64,000 nucleotides of DNA. Source: the human T2T-CHM13v2.0 reference genome, Homo sapiens. The notes under the pieces are model-generated. The model was not told the DNA's origin and did not search any database. It saw only the letters and a list, made by a program, of their open reading frames with translations. Each line of letters starts with the position of its first letter. Positions within the stretch are counted from its first letter, which is position 1. The stretch lies in NCBI RefSeq assembly GCF_009914755.1, contig NC_060929.1, one strand, 5' to 3'. Of this stretch, positions 26,785-44,157 are shown one piece after another. The translations under genes and the position numbers were made by a program.

Positions 26785-27500
26785 TGTTTTGTTGTTTCAA
26801 ATAACTATAGGAAGGTGTAATTTACGTACCATAATTCGCCTGTTTTAAGTGTAAAATTCAATGGTTTTTAGTAAATTTATTGAATTATGCAACCATCACC
26901 ACAATCCAGTTTTAGAACATTTTCATCACCCAAAAAGAACTTGTGTCCATTCCCTGTCCCAGCCTCAGTCAGCCACTAATCTAGTTTCTGTGACTATAAA
27001 TTTGATTTCTCTGGACAATTAATATAAGTGAAATCATATAACACGTGGTCTTTTTTTGTCTTGCTTCTTTCACCTAGCATAATGTTCATCAAGACCATAC
27101 AGTAGCATGGATCAATACTTCATTTCTTCTAATTGCTGAATAAATTTCCATTGTATGGCTGTACTACATCTGTTAACCAGTCTGTGGCCATCTGGGTTGT
27201 TTTTACTTTTGGGATATTATAAATAATGCTGCAATGAACATCTGCATGAAAGTCTTTGTGTGGATATATGTTTTCATTTCTCTTGGTAGTTATTTAAGAG
27301 TGGAACTACTTATTTGACAAATATACATTTAACTTTCTAAGAAACTGTTATTTGACAAATATACATTTAACTTTCTACGAAACTGCCAAATTATTTTCCA
27401 GAATAGGTTCACCATTTTATATTCTCCTCAGCAATGTATGAGGGTTCTAGTTCTTCCACATCTTTGTTAATATTTGCTGTTTTCTACAATTTTTATTATA
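26785..27500 (-). mobile_element. L1MB/ME 3' region fragment
   Basis: 'atgcaaccatcaccacaatccagttttagaacattttcatcaccc', 'ataatgctgcaatgaacat', 'cagcaatgtatgagggttct'. Confidence 0.8.
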
Positions 27501-27849
27501 ACCTGGGTTCACATTTTACATTAAATAAACACATTTGCTTGGGAATTTTGCTGTAATTTCACAAGTCCTTTTTACACAATTAGAGATGATAAATCATGCT
27601 AGAAAACCAAAGTTGAGCATTATTGTTTATAGAAAATACAAGTTGAGAAAATTAAACATTCTTAAAATAAAATATAATACACTTGCTAAAATCCAAACCA
27701 TACGGAAAAAATAAAATGCCCTTTTCATAACATGTTGAGATTTGTGATACTTTTTTCTAAATAAAAACACAATTAATCATCTCTTACACTTACCTTTTTG
27801 AATTATTTATATACAGAGTTCTGAACCTGGAGTGTTCTCTTAATTGTAT

Positions 27850-29340
<1,491 letters not shown>

Positions 29341-30889
29341 TAGGCAGCTGAGCTCATTCAGAGATTAGGGTTCATCCAGGGTTTTGCTTTTGTCTGTCAG
29401 ATGTGGGGGAAAAAAACAGAATGGCAAGGAAGCTCAGGGTAGAATGTTAGCATATTTTGAAATTACAGACCATGGAATCTATGCTGGACAAGACGGGAAG
29501 TAAGAAAAGGACTGCTAGATTAAGAAATGAAAGAAAGCAGTGAGATCAATGGACTAGATGTCCCCATGAGGCCCTACTTGAGAAGGGAAACAGCCAGAGG
29601 GACAACAATACATCAGCTGCCCATGTGGCTATAATATCATTTATGTGACTGTCAGTGGAATGCAGTTACAGTGTACAACTGCATAGATTGTGCCCTGCAT
29701 AACTTAGAAGCTTCCCACATACTTTAATGTAAATGTCATTCCCTGGAGTTGTGCAATGGAATGACAATGTTAGAGACCTTCTATGCTGTAACTGCAAGTC
29801 AGATAACGCCATAAGGTATCATTATCACTTTGGTACAGAAAAGAATTACCTGATCTTGGAAAGTACATTTAAAAATGTAGGATTTCCTATCAACTTGCAT
29901 GGTCTTTCAACTTAGGCAAGAAGGTATTTATGTTCTCAGTAACTAATAAAGTGATCATCTTGTATGGGAGTTACAGACATAAACATGTAAAATAAAGAAT
30001 TCTGCAATATGTGTAACTTAATCTAAGGATCCTGGCTAGGTGACTAATTCCTTCGAGTAATGGAGTTTTTGACCAACAATTCTGTCCTTATTATAAATGA
30101 GGTTCCATGTATTTCAATGATGAGGTTATAATTGAGAATCTAAAATCTCTAATCACAGATATAAACACAGCAAGCAAAGAAGGCAGTACCCAAAATTATA
30201 TGGGATAATAAAAACATTTCCTTCATTTCAGTAAGATTTGCCTTGGATGTCTGCAGCTCCAGACTTCATGCTGGGTCTAAATCTTTAGATCAAATAAACT
30301 CAAATAACTGATATAATTGCCTTCCTTGAGGTTAAGCATCTTTCAATCTCAGAAATTTTAGAATTAAGTACAAAAATGTTTAAGAGAATCAAAGCCATTA
30401 AATTAATATTTTTATTTTAAGATATCTGTGCAAATATTATGTACCTGTAATGCCTGAAAACATTTGGCCTATTCCATGAAACTGGCCTTAAAAACAAAAA
30501 CAAAAACAAAAAAAACTCTTTTTAATGCATGAGAGACTGCCTTTTAACCACAATTTTAAATAAATTATTGAGTAACTTATTTAGAGTTATGATGATTGTC
30601 ATTAGGCTTATATATAGAATTGGATCATTTAAGCTTCAGGTCTTATAAAATTATAAGTTTGAGTATTTATACATGTAGTTTTTAATTTATTAGCTTTTAG
30701 GAGTTGAGTACTTTTTAAGGTGCACGACTGAAGTACCTAAGAAAGCACTTTAAAAAGATATCTGATGTATTTAATAAACAAAACAGTTCAAAAGGCATGG
30801 AGTTATTTCATAAACTAGGTATGAAAATAGAAACAAATATTATTTAAAATCTCTTAAAGCGACTACTAAAATCTGTTAAGACTATAGGC

Positions 30890-31720
<831 letters not shown>

Positions 31721-34329
31721 AAAGCTCCGGGAGTAAGTAGACTTTTGAAATCATATTTAAATAAAGCAAGCCTGAATATTTAACACAAAAATAAACTGAG
31801 TATTTTTTGGATGCAGAGTCACCATGGAGGGCATGGAAATATTCACGTGCGACATTGACCACGCCCCTCGTGATGGATATTTATATTGTTTTCAACTGAT
31901 TTCAAGTGCACACAGTGCTACATAGGCACTCTTCAACATACTTACTGACTATACTTTGGCAAGTTTTTCTGTAATCTAATTCCTGGCACTGGAACTGCTG
32001 GGTCAAGTGTCCAGCTTGAAAAATACTGCAGAACTGCTCTCTAAATAGGTGGCACCAATTTACACTGTCATCAGTAGTGCCCAAGGAAGTCTGTACCCTC
32101 ACACTCTCTCCAATGCAGAGTAGAGGCAAAGAGTTTATTTTTTATTCATTTAATGGGTAAAAACAATATCTTCTTGTTGAATTTTGACAGCAACTCATTG
32201 TCCCCATTCTTGAAAACTAGAAAAATTAACAATGTGGTACATATTACTTTGTAGTGGCCTTTTTAATATATCTTTTTATCTTAAGTACTAAAAATATTTT
32301 TGCCATTTTTACAAATAAATTAAAAGTCACAGATTAAGTAATACATGGTGAATCACAGAGCTAAAGACAAGTGAAAGTGAGATTCACCTTTGAGATCCAT
32401 TTCACTCCAAGTGCTTGTGTGCTTTTACCCCTACACTATGTTCCTTCACCCCAACACATGGGTTTTCTACATTCTCAGCTTTTGGTAACTTTGCCTTCAC
32501 CGTGCTAATGAGTACTGTCACAACCCCACAGATGCCTCCTCCTGCCTCCTATGTATAATTTCCTAACTCCCAATTACCATGCCCAGGTTTGCTTTTCTTC
32601 TGGTTTCTCCCAAAGATGAGTCTCCATCTAGCCGTGTTACACCAGGGAGAAATTATCTCTGTGCATTGAGAGAAACATTAAAGACTTTCGTTTCTGCAAA
32701 TAAATGAGTAATTACTTTAATTACCACAGTTGCCTTGCATTTTATTTCAACCTAATACCATCATGTAATATTTCAGTGGAATGTGGGCTTGGCCAAAGGA
32801 CTGCTTTCACCTTTCTCTGCAGTCTTTCAAAGCACAAGGCTACTGCTGACATCAAAGGGCATTTTAAGAATGAAGAGGCCGTAACGATAATTAGGTGCTG
32901 GCCAGTGATGCAAACAAAATTGCTATCTTTGATGTCACGTTTCATACGGGTGAAGGCCATCAAAGATGTGGTCCTCAAATTCACAGCCTATAACCCTAAA
33001 AGTGCACTCTCCCAAGAGCAAAACCAATTAACTTACTTTAAGGACAACAAAAATTGCTGAAGATTAAAAACTAGTAAGATTAGTTAAGCAGAAGGATATC
33101 GTCACTTTTGAAGAAGAAAGTTAAAGAGATGAAAATTTTTTGACATGAGTTAATAAGGGGGCCAGAGATATAAATGATTAACACAAAAGATGGATCATAA
33201 GCAAGTCAAATTTAAAAGTACCACATTTTATAGTATCTTAGGAAAATCTGTACTATCGTTAAGTAGGCCTGAATATATTTCAGGGAAAAGTGACACGTAC
33301 TCAGAAAACATTTATCCATTATCAATAAAGTCAGAAATAGAACCAATAGAAACAAGGTGCTTGAACAGATCTAATGCATCTTTGGTCCAAAAATAATATG
33401 GTCACAAGACTGGATTATGGTGGCTGCCATGAAAATGTTACACACACTTTGCTGACAGAGCCCATGGATTCCATGTAGTATTTTCCTACTGAAATTTCTG
33501 CCCAAATCAATGCCTCCTGAGTGATGTAAGCAGCCAAATACATGCTACTGAGTCAATCAAACTTAGTAAATAACACCTTTCCGAGGAAACTAATGTGTAA
33601 TGGGAAAACAAAAACCTCTCTCTATGATTCTGTCCTGGCATGTAACTTCCAATACAACATCTAAGCAACTGTGCTGAGATTCTCCAAGCCAGCAAATGCC
33701 ATGTGATTCATTACTGGGGTTGTCGTTACTTGAGAATTCTAGGGAAATGCTGAAAAGTTAGAAAACCATTAGACCGTAGGACATTCTAAGAGGACACAGG
33801 TAGCATCTATCAATAAATCCATTTGAAATGCACAGGGGAAGCTCTTTCCCAGTTATTTGCTGCATGAAGAACAGTGATAATCAAGTGACCCTGCTGGCAC
33901 TGATGGCCCAGTGGTGGTGGTGGTAGTGGTCTGTAAGGAGGTGAACCATTCCTGGCTCCTGGAATTAGAACCTTATACCATGCCTGTCTTTTATACATTA
34001 GCACCAGGAGAGGCGCAAGAGCAAAGACATCCCCCGGTCTCATCTCAACAGAAGGGTCCTAGTACTGTGTTACCTGCTTTGCAAAATAAAAATGACCTTA
34101 TTTTATACAGCCTGAAAATGTGTTATTGTCAGGGAAACCCATATAACTTACTAGTATTGGTAGTGAGAAAATTCATGTCACAGACAAAAATTAAAAGACT
34201 AAAGTCTCTCTTTAGTTCAGGAGAGTGAATCCTTTCAATATTTAGACTCAACAGAAGTGCAAAAAAAGGGATGGTCACTGCTTCAAGCTAAATTAGTTGT
34301 CTGGAAGTCAGTGAGAATAAACAGGTCAC

Positions 34330-35620
34330 AACATAGAGCCTAGAAACTGGAATGTAAGTAATATGAATTCCAAACTAAGATTTAAAAAACAAGTACAGAA
34401 GTAATAAAGATGTAATTGGAAAAAATATCCTAAGTTTAAATGAAAAATAACTTCACACTTTCAGGTTAGAATGGCTCATGGCATCCTAGACAGAAATAAT
34501 GATAATAAAAAAGATATACTCAACGAAAAAGCTTCATGAGATCTCTGAATTTCTGAACTCTGAAAATAAAAGAAAAAGAGAAAAATCCTTCCATTTCCAG
34601 AAAGAACAGTCTACCTACAAAGGAGATTAAATAGGCTAGCATTCGTTTTCTCCTGTGTTTCCTGAGAGTTAAAGTACAGTGAAATAGCATTCACAGGCTA
34701 CACTTCTGAGAAAGGATCCTTGAAACAAAAGAGCCATGTGATAAGATAAAACTTAATAATAGCCTGAAATGATAACAACAGGAACTGAGAGATAGCAAAA
34801 GTATCTGCCATATGAAGACTCGCTAGTAAATTATTCCTACAATCTCAATTTGGGACCAGGATGAGTGAATAAGTAAAATGTCTTGGGGTGACATTTTGTA
34901 CAATTTAGACATTACGCAAAAGTTGTGACAGAGGTACAGGTGTTTCAAAATAATGGTGAAAGATAAAAAGGTGACCATTAGTTCAATGAAGGACACAGAA
35001 TTTCTTAATTAAAGAAAGGTGGTGAAAATAGATAACTGAAGTATAATTGATTAAACCAAAATGATAATAAAAATGACAAAAGGAAAACCACAAAATATAA
35101 TGCTTTATATACTTAAAATGATGGGAATAAAATATACTGAAATCACAATAAATATGAATAAGCTTAGATTTTAATCAAACAATGAAGTCATCAATAGATC
35201 TGACTAAAATAACAAAACTCAGCCCTATCCTGTCTATATTAAAACCATCAAAATAAAATGAGTAGAAAATAAACAGAACGGCAAAGAAAAACCAAAGAAA
35301 ATACAAAAGAAAGTAGAAGTAGTAATAATCAATATCAGAATGGAATTCCAAAAGGTAATTCCAAAAGTATTAAACTGAGTCAAAAAAAGAGTATTATAAG
35401 GATTAAAACTAAAATCCATTAAGAGGATATAAGATTTATCTAACTAAAAAATATAGTGAAATAAAAAGAGCAAAAACTTTTAGAAATACAAGTCAAATTT
35501 GACAGAGCAAGTAGACAAAAAAAAAATAAATAAGAACATAATCAAAAAGCGTGTCTTAATAGACAGGTTTACAGCTTTGTACCATATAAACAGAGAATGT
35601 ATATTCTACTTCTGTTTTCA
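34330..35620 (+). mobile_element. Highly degraded ancient L1-like fragment
   Basis: A-rich sequence with L1-like remnants ('ataaacagagaatgtatattc...catggaac', 'gtaataatcaatatcagaatggaattc'). Confidence 0.45.
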
Positions 35621-35935
35621 TGGAACCTTCAGCTTCGCAGGGGATCAAGTCCTTAGTCACAGCACACCATTATTACAATGAGATTCAATAGCTCCGTGAG
35701 GTTTCTACAGAAGATTTTGTCTTCCACAGTGTGAAAGTGGGAAACTTTCCACAGTCTATGCATAGAAAGCTTTTAACTAATGTGATTGATGACTTACCAC
35801 CAGAAAAGAACACCCTGTGGTCTCTTTTCAAAAAGCATCAATAACAGCTTTTTAACTGCAGAATCTGTGGCATGAAATTGACAATTTTAGCAGTTTTAAA
35901 ATCTTACACCAATGTGGGTTTTTTTAAATCATGTA

Positions 35936-36135
35936 TAGCTGTGTGATCCAAAACAGTAGCCACTAGCCACATGTGGTTTTCTAAATTTAAACTTAAAATT
36001 TAAATTCCATAAAGTAAACATTCAGTTTCCCAGTCACACTAGCCACATGTCAAGTGCTCAAGGGCCACATGTGCTTAGTGGCTACTGTCCTGGACGGCAC
36101 AAAGAGCATTTCCATCATCCCAGAAAGTTCTTTCA
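35936..36135. mobile_element. MER3-like hAT-Charlie MITE
   Basis: 'gtagccactagccacatgtgg', 'cagtcacactagccacatgtcaagtgctcaagggccacatgtgcttagtggctactgtcctggac', 'catttccatcatcccagaaagttct'. Confidence 0.75.
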
Positions 36136-36419
36136 ATGCATATTGGAGTAGTTGTCTCCCGGTACCACAGAGAAATGGGGAATATCACAGCATTTGGTGT
36201 AGAGGTAATGATTCTTTAAGGAGTTATGTTTGAAACTGGGTAGATTCTGATATAAACTGCAATAAAATTCAAAGGCATCCTGGAATTACGAGTTGGCTAG
36301 CACCATAAAACACTTAAAGATAAAAGTTTTAGAGACAAGAATCTGCTATAATGACTTCTTTTATTATTATTATGTTATATATATATAAAACACAACTACA
36401 CAACCATGAAGTTTGCGTA

Positions 36420-36630
36420 GTACTTTATAGCCATCATTTTACTTAATCTGTACAATAACCGTATTTGGTCAGCATGAATAGCTTTCCTCCACAAATGATG
36501 ACAGTAGGCTTAGACAGGTTAAATAAAATTGTTCAAAGTCACACTGATGATGCACAACAGACCCCGAGTCTGAAGTACAAGTGTATCTGACACCAAAATC
36601 CATGCTCTTAACCATCTCACTCTGCCATCT
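36420..36630 (-). mobile_element. MIR fragment
   Basis: 'ggcttagacaggttaaataaaattgttcaaagtcacac...tctgacaccaaaatccatgctcttaacca'. Confidence 0.65.
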
Positions 36631-37535
36631 CTCAGTGGCACTGATCATCATGGTGCGAGGGGGCTGGGGGGAGTTTATCCATGTTTGATCAATAGTGCTT
36701 GCACTGAATGAAATGCCTTTTTCTGTACTAATTTATCCCTTCCCTTGTTTTAAGACTGTAACCGTTTTATTCAGTTGATAAATTAGCCTGGTTTATTCAA
36801 TGCTTCACTGGCCACTTTGATATAACCTCTAAATAGAACCACGACATCTGAGATTGCTGAATGTTTTCCTCGATTCAGACTTTTCACTTCTTGTGTGCAA
36901 GTACTTCTCAGCTATGGAAATTCTCTTTCAGTAGGTACTCCACGGCATTACAGCCCAAGCCACTTCAAATCTTATCGGCATTTAGCTTCTCTTCTCTGAG
37001 TGGATGAACTATGAGTAAGTATTTTTGCAATGCTGAGGGAGGTTGCAGTGGTGCTGTTGGACTTCAGACAATACTGGCCAAGTGTCTAAGAAGCCAGACA
37101 CACACTACCTATGGAAGGTAAACTCTAATTGTTCAAAAAAGTTCCAATATAATCTGCAGTGCTGGGTAGGCATTGGGCTTTGCTGTCAGCTTTTTAAAAG
37201 TCATCCAGCTCACCCTAGATGAGGCATGTATAAAAGCATTTTCAGAAATGTATTGTTATTTTTTTCTTTTGGTAACCTTTAAACATGAACCATCTTAGAA
37301 ACTGTTTGATCTGATTATGTGATTAACAGATGAGGAAATAAAATCCAGAAAGTTTCAGCAACTGGCCCCAAGTCAAAACGAGTTGACATAACTGCTTAGG
37401 GCTCTTGACTAATTCTCCTGTAGCACACAACATAAAATGGTAATTAAATGCCTACAACTGATGAATCTGATATGTCAAGGTCTTTTCAGGACAAAATGCA
37501 CCTGCTGAGTTTAGATCCAGAAATATGGTCTAACT

Positions 37536-37820
37536 CAGTATTTCCCAAAATGTGGTCAATGGACTATCAGTTCTACAGAACACTAGGAGAACTATGCCAA
37601 AACAGGATTCTGTGGTCAAATATATTACAAGTTGAAAAAAGACAGAATTGGGTGAAACTACATGACTTTCAGGGGCCCTTAATGTACTCTTGTGCATTCT
37701 TAACTGCCAAGAGGAGGCTATAGTAGGCAGCCTTCAAAATTTATTTGCTCATAAAATAGTTTTATTCGATAGCATTCCTGAAGACAAGTGTGGGATGCAA
37801 CACACTTTGGCAAACACTTA
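37536..37820. mobile_element. hAT-Charlie-type MITE
   Basis: Terminal inverted repeat-like ends cagtatttcccaaaatgtg ... cacactttggcaaacact. Confidence 0.55.
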
Positions 37821-38493
37821 TCTAACTTTATCAGTATATGGGATCCCTTGTCATTATCCTCAAACATGGCTGCCTGAAATAGATTTAATAAAACAATATA
37901 TTTTGTGTAACTGGCTTTCCTCCAGATGACATCACTACTACCATAAGTACCTTGGAGAACTTTAGAATCTTGTGACATGACCGTAACACTCAAACTTTCT
38001 TAGCAGTTGCCAAACTATTGCTTAAATGGATAATAGTATTGAAACTATTTGTACGCAATTACAGTCCCAAAGTTCCTTTGTTTTTTTGCATTGCTCTTCT
38101 TTATACCAAAGGTCACATAGAACCTAAAATCTCACGTCTTATAAGTGGTGATAAAAAGCACGTGGTCTTATATTCCTGTGTAGGCCTTTATCAGCAATGC
38201 AGGGTAGAGGAAATAGTGACACGTGTGTATGCATATACATATGTATATACACACATATATGTACGTATATAGTAATATTATATTACTACTCTAAATACAT
38301 TACATATTTTTACTTTTTTAATCATCATGACACTATGAAATAAGTACTATCCTTATGCCCACTTTAGAGATGAGGAAACTCAAGCACAGTGAGATAAGGT
38401 AACTTGCCTAAGACTACAAATCTAATAAATGGCTGAACCAGGTGAAAAGACATGATAAAGATTCACATAAATTTCTTCTTAAAAGCTACTAAT

Positions 38494-38776
38494 GGTCTAG
38501 ACCTGGTGGCTCATGTCTGAAATCCCAGTGCTTTGGGATGCTGCAACAGGAGGATAGCCTCAGGCAAGGAGTTCAAAGTCAACCTGGGCAACACGGCAAG
38601 ACTCCATCTCTACAAAATATTAAAAAATTAACTGGGCATGGTAGAATGTGCCTGTCATGCCAATTACTTAGGAAGCTGAAGTGAGAGGATTGCTTGAGGC
38701 GAGAAGTTCAAGGCTGCAGTGAGCTATGTTCATGCCACTGCATTCTAGCCTGGGCAACAGAACAAGACCTTGTCTC
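38494..38776 (+). mobile_element. AluJ
   Basis: Diverged Alu with J-type 'aggattgcttgag...aagttcaaggctgcagtgagctatg'. Confidence 0.85.
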
Positions 38777-38778
38777 CT

Positions 38779-38780
<2 letters not shown>

Positions 38781-38864
<84 letters not shown>

Positions 38865-39030
38865 CACACACACACACACATATTCTATGTATATATAATA
38901 TATATATTCTCTATATATAATATATATATTCTCTCCATATATATAATATATATATCCTCTCTATATACATATATATTATACATAGTATTCACAGAGAGAA
39001 TATATATATTATATATTTTATATATATAAT
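38781..39030. repeat. Compound (TC)n(TA)n(CA)n microsatellite plus AT-rich low-complexity tract
   Basis: About (TC)22 at 38781-38824, (TA)n to ~38857, then (CA)n and degenerate TA repeats. Confidence 0.95.
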
Positions 39031-39154
39031 AATGAGGTGAAGCATCTATGTTTACTCCACATGGTATTAAAACTTTCAAGCAGTTTATCTTCTATCTAGG
39101 AATCTCAACAGGTAAGGTGTCATATTTTGTGTCTCTGCCATTATAGACATATGC

Positions 39155-39594
<440 letters not shown>

Positions 39595-41749
39595 TTAGCT
39601 GTGATTATTGTGGCCATTAATAAACTAACATTTTGAAGAACTCTCTGGTTTTCCAAAACACTTTCCTATGCGTTATTTCATTATGTCATGACAGTGATAT
39701 CGCAAGACTAAAGATGAGAGAGGCAGAAAAGTCTACATAAACCTCACTGTGGCTTTGATCCTCCTAATTACATATGGATAAAACTTTCTTGGATATGAAA
39801 GCTGCAAGAAACCACTTAAATGGATAGCAGGATCCTTCCAAGAAGTAATATACTTCCTCACGGAGTTATTTTCTCTATTATTCAAGCTCCCTATTTCCCA
39901 AAGATCTGTTTGGAATCAAAGCCAGGTTTCACAGCCTGAAAATTAATACTGTGCAGCCAGAAATAAATTATTCAGCAAAGAGAAATACCAGACCCACATA
40001 ATTTTTACTCAGGGAAAAAAAAAATCCCTTTTTACCTCACCAGGAAGTACAATGGACAAATACAAAAGCATAGCATTTATCCAGTTCTGTGGTCTGTAAA
40101 AGACCCCTTTTGATTCATGACTGTTAGCCTTTATTCCAGCAGTACTGTTCCGACCTGGCAACAAAAGTGCTGTCATCAATTTCTGATCAGCCGTGATATT
40201 ATCTGTTTTTCAGATTATCTACCTGCAGCCTCTAACTTTTTGCCAGGAGACTATGCGTCATGCCACTGAGAGGAGGCCCAGGTAGGAAGGGATTATGGCA
40301 CAGAGTACAAGTTTGTCAGTATGTGAACTTATGGGAGAGGCTCTGAATGCCTAATGATAAACATCCAAAGAAACCCCAGTTGAGTGTCCACATGTTTCCA
40401 AACTCCGCTAACATTCCAGATACAGAAAAACATTCTGATGCTCAACTAAAATTTTAAATTTCCAACCAGATGTTTGCTAGGTTGAGTATGTGTCTCTGTT
40501 TAAACAGCCTCCAAAAATTAGAGAAATATGATTCTTATTATTTGTATTATCTATTTATATCTTCTGTCCCTAATTATTTACAAAAAAATACTAGAAAATT
40601 TTTAGTGGAAAAAAAACACTTTACTTGAGTTTCTATAAATCTCACACATTTCACATTTATCATTTTTGATATAGAATAGTTGTACCTACCGTGTTTCTGC
40701 TCGGTAAGCAGATTCTTCCCATTCTTAGGTAATTACAGAATGCACGCCTTCATATAGAGACAGAAAATAGCAAATCTTATACTGTGGGTTACATATGTAA
40801 TTATACATTTTGGGGGCAAACTAAACTGTTACTTACTAGAAAGGCTCTACTTCAATTTCTGGGAAGTCTAAATAGCTGAGATCCATAGGATTGTTCTAAC
40901 ATTGTTTTCAATATTGCTTCCTTTTCTAAAGCTGAACTCTCAACAAAAATGGATATATAGAGCTCATAAAAACCATAGTCAAAATATATGATGAGCTATG
41001 GAGAGAAAATGTGGATATTACCGGTTCTGTTCTGCATTCAAGCCTTCTTCCTATTGGGAGGATGTTTACTTTGTCTGAGTCTTGGTGGGAGAAACTGATG
41101 CAAAGACACACATTTGGAAATTTCCCCCGCCCAGCAAGAGGACGATGAAGGCAGTAAAGGGCCAAGCAGGGACTAGCTAGCTGTTGTTTACTGCTGGCAA
41201 CTTCCCCTCACTCTCACCTATTCTCTAAGCTTGTTTCTCCAGACTGCCTGAAGATTCAATGATCTACCCAATGCATTCTTTTATTATTTTTAGTTCAATG
41301 AGGCAGATTTGGGTTTTGTCTTTTTTGCAACCAAGACCCTTAACTGATACAGGTGACACATTATTCGCAATACGAATTTAATTCTTTCAGTTTGTTCACT
41401 TGTGGGTAGGAGGTGGAGTTTATGGGGAGCTATCATTTTTTGCATGTGTGTCTGCATTTAGATTAGAGTTTTAAAATTGATATATTAATATCAATTTAGA
41501 ATTGCTATATTAATATTCTCCACTAGAGTCCCATTTTTTAATCTTTTCCATGTCACCTGCAAATATTAAGTTAATATGTTTAAATGAGGCTTAACCCTTA
41601 CAAAGGTATAACTACTTATTCTAGTAAAGATTTTTTTATCATCATTATAATGTGAAAAATTGTTCTGGTCTCATTCATACTAACTTACCAAGATGTGAGA
41701 CCAGCCACAAGGTTTTTAAAATATACGAACAAGGTCATGACAGTGCTAC

Positions 41750-42170
41750 TCACAATAACAGACATGGAATCAACCTAGGTGGCCATCAATGCTGAATTGG
41801 ATAAAGAAAATATGGTACATATACATCATGAAATACTACACAGCCATAAAAAGGAAGCTGGAGGCCATTATCCTAAGTGAATTAATGAAGAAACAGAAAG
41901 CCAAATACCACATGTTCTCATTTACAAGTGGGAGCTAAACATTGGCTACACATGGATATAAAGATGGGAACAATAGACACCAGGGACTAATAGATGAGGG
42001 AGGAAGGGAAGAAGGGTTGAAAAACTAACGATTGGGTACCACGCTCAGTACCTGGATGACAGGATCAATCATATCCCAAACCTCAGCATCTTGCAATATA
42101 CCCTGGTAACAAACCTGCACATGTACCCCCTGAATCTAAAATAAAAGTTGAAATTATAAAAATAAATAAC
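41750..42170 (+). mobile_element. L1PB/L1PA16-type 3' end
   Basis: 'catggaatcaacctagg', 'ggttgaaaaactaacgattgggtacc', 'cccctgaatctaaaataaaagttg'. Confidence 0.8.
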
Positions 42171-43862
42171 AGCTCAATAAAATATATGAACAAGGAATTA
42201 GATGGGCCACACTGATTTAGGGTTGATATGAATAAAAAGCACTTTATGAGAAGTGACATCCAACAAGTTACGGAGAGAAACCATACCAGCTGAAAATCAC
42301 AGACAGCCTTTTGGAAAACTACCTGAGGTTGGCTGAGTTTTTTTTTTTTAAATCTTGCAAGAGGCTGACAGTCCCAAAGCAAACTGTTAGATTTGGGGCA
42401 GCAGACTCAGGAAAGCTTAAAGTCTGCCCATTTTCAAGTTCTGAATTTTCACTAATTCTATGTTAAAGCCTTAATGAAATATTCAGGACACGTAAAATGT
42501 AATGACTTTGAACCCATAAAAGTATTTCAAGTATTGAAAATGAGTTGTCTGGTTGGCAATCGGGGGTGGGGGGTGGCATGTCAAGGAATTTTCATATTTC
42601 ATATAAATCAATGGTTCTTAAAACATTTTAAGCGATAATAGCTGGAAAAAATGTTAAAGTATATAGCAATTCTCTTCAAAAGCATAATCCTCTTTATAGA
42701 GTAGACAAATCTGGTTGCCAGTAGAGACTACTTAACCGCATATCAATCCCACTCTGGTGTCTGACTTCAGTGCTGTGTTGTAACATTTTCCACCACATAT
42801 GTGATGGAAGTCTATGATGGATTGGGCTGCCTAATATACTTCCAGAAAGCGAATTACATATGGAATGGGCAAGAGACAGAAATGAGAGAAAAACCAATTA
42901 TTTAATGCAGAATTCCCTTCCATTTTCTAACAGATTTTCACAGAATTATAGCTATTTTTCACAAATTATCCATACTTGAGTACATTTATTCTCATTCATA
43001 TCTCTCTCAGTAATATTGATAACCAAGCCCTTCTAAGTTATTACTTATGCATTAGATGAAGGATATTATTTTCACGTACTTAGAAATTAAATATTTGCTT
43101 CTGAGCAAAAGTCATAATAGAAGAGATTAGTAAAAAGGGAATTAGTTAAAGCTAAAATGTTTTGTATAAGAAAATCACCTTAACTAAAACTGCAAAGGCC
43201 AGCAACAGTCTAAGAGCAGATAGCTGAATCATAGAAAGAAATATATATATTTGCCATAAATAATTAATGCCAATCATACACAAGGAAGCATGCAAATCAA
43301 CAAGAAAGACAAACACCTTTAGAAAAACAGAAAAATATATTTACAGACACAGAAGAGAATACAAATGGTTGGTAAGTATGTGAAAAGATGTGCAAACTCA
43401 TCTTCAGAGAAACAAAATTAAAACAACAATGAGGTTTCATTGGATACCTACCTGACAGGCCAAAAAATGTGGCAAGCACTAGTCTAGGCTCTTTATATAT
43501 TTTATGTCATGTAGTTCTCAAGAAAACCTTATAAGACATGACTATTTTTACCCTCTGTTCACAGTGGAGGAAAGTGAGACACAGAGAGAGGTATGAAAGG
43601 TATGGTAAAGCCCAAGGTCAATGCACTATTCGGTGGCAACAGGGCTGAGACTCAGAGTCCAGGCTCTTGTGCGCTCCGTAGCCCAACTACTCAACCCAAC
43701 AACACTGAGTTTCAGTGACAATACGATCACACCCACGGGCATGTGACTGGGAGAGCAATCAGACAATACCTAGTAAGTTGAAGATACATACGCATATAAC
43801 CTGGCACATTCAATTCTAGATGTTTAGTTAAAAGAAACTCTTGCATAAATGCACAAGGAAAC

Positions 43863-44157
43863 TTTTTTTTTTTTTTGAGACAGGGTTTGGCTCTGTTGCC
43901 TAGGCCTGAGTGCAATGCAACGAACAGGGATCACTGCAGCCTCAACTTCCTGGGCTCAAGTGATCCTCCTACCTCAGCCTCCCAAGTAGCTGGGACTACA
44001 GGTGCAAGACACCATGCACAGCTAATTTTTTATTTTTTGTAGAGACAGGGTCTTGCCATGTTGCCCAGGTTGGTCTCCAACTCCTGGGCTCAAGCAATCC
44101 TCCTATTTTGGCCTACTAAAGTGCTGAGATTACAGGCATGAGCCACCATGCCTGGCC
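43863..44157 (-). mobile_element. AluJ
   Basis: 'tcactgcagcctcaacttcctgggctcaagtgatcctcc'. Near-TSD tgcacaaggaaac / tgcagaaggaaac. It is embedded in old L1ME-like sequence (~43150-44750). Confidence 0.88.

Noticed and set aside
33190-33396. 68-aa plus-strand ORF with protein-like composition
   Set aside because: No recognisable domain, promoter or splice context. Its length is within chance expectation.
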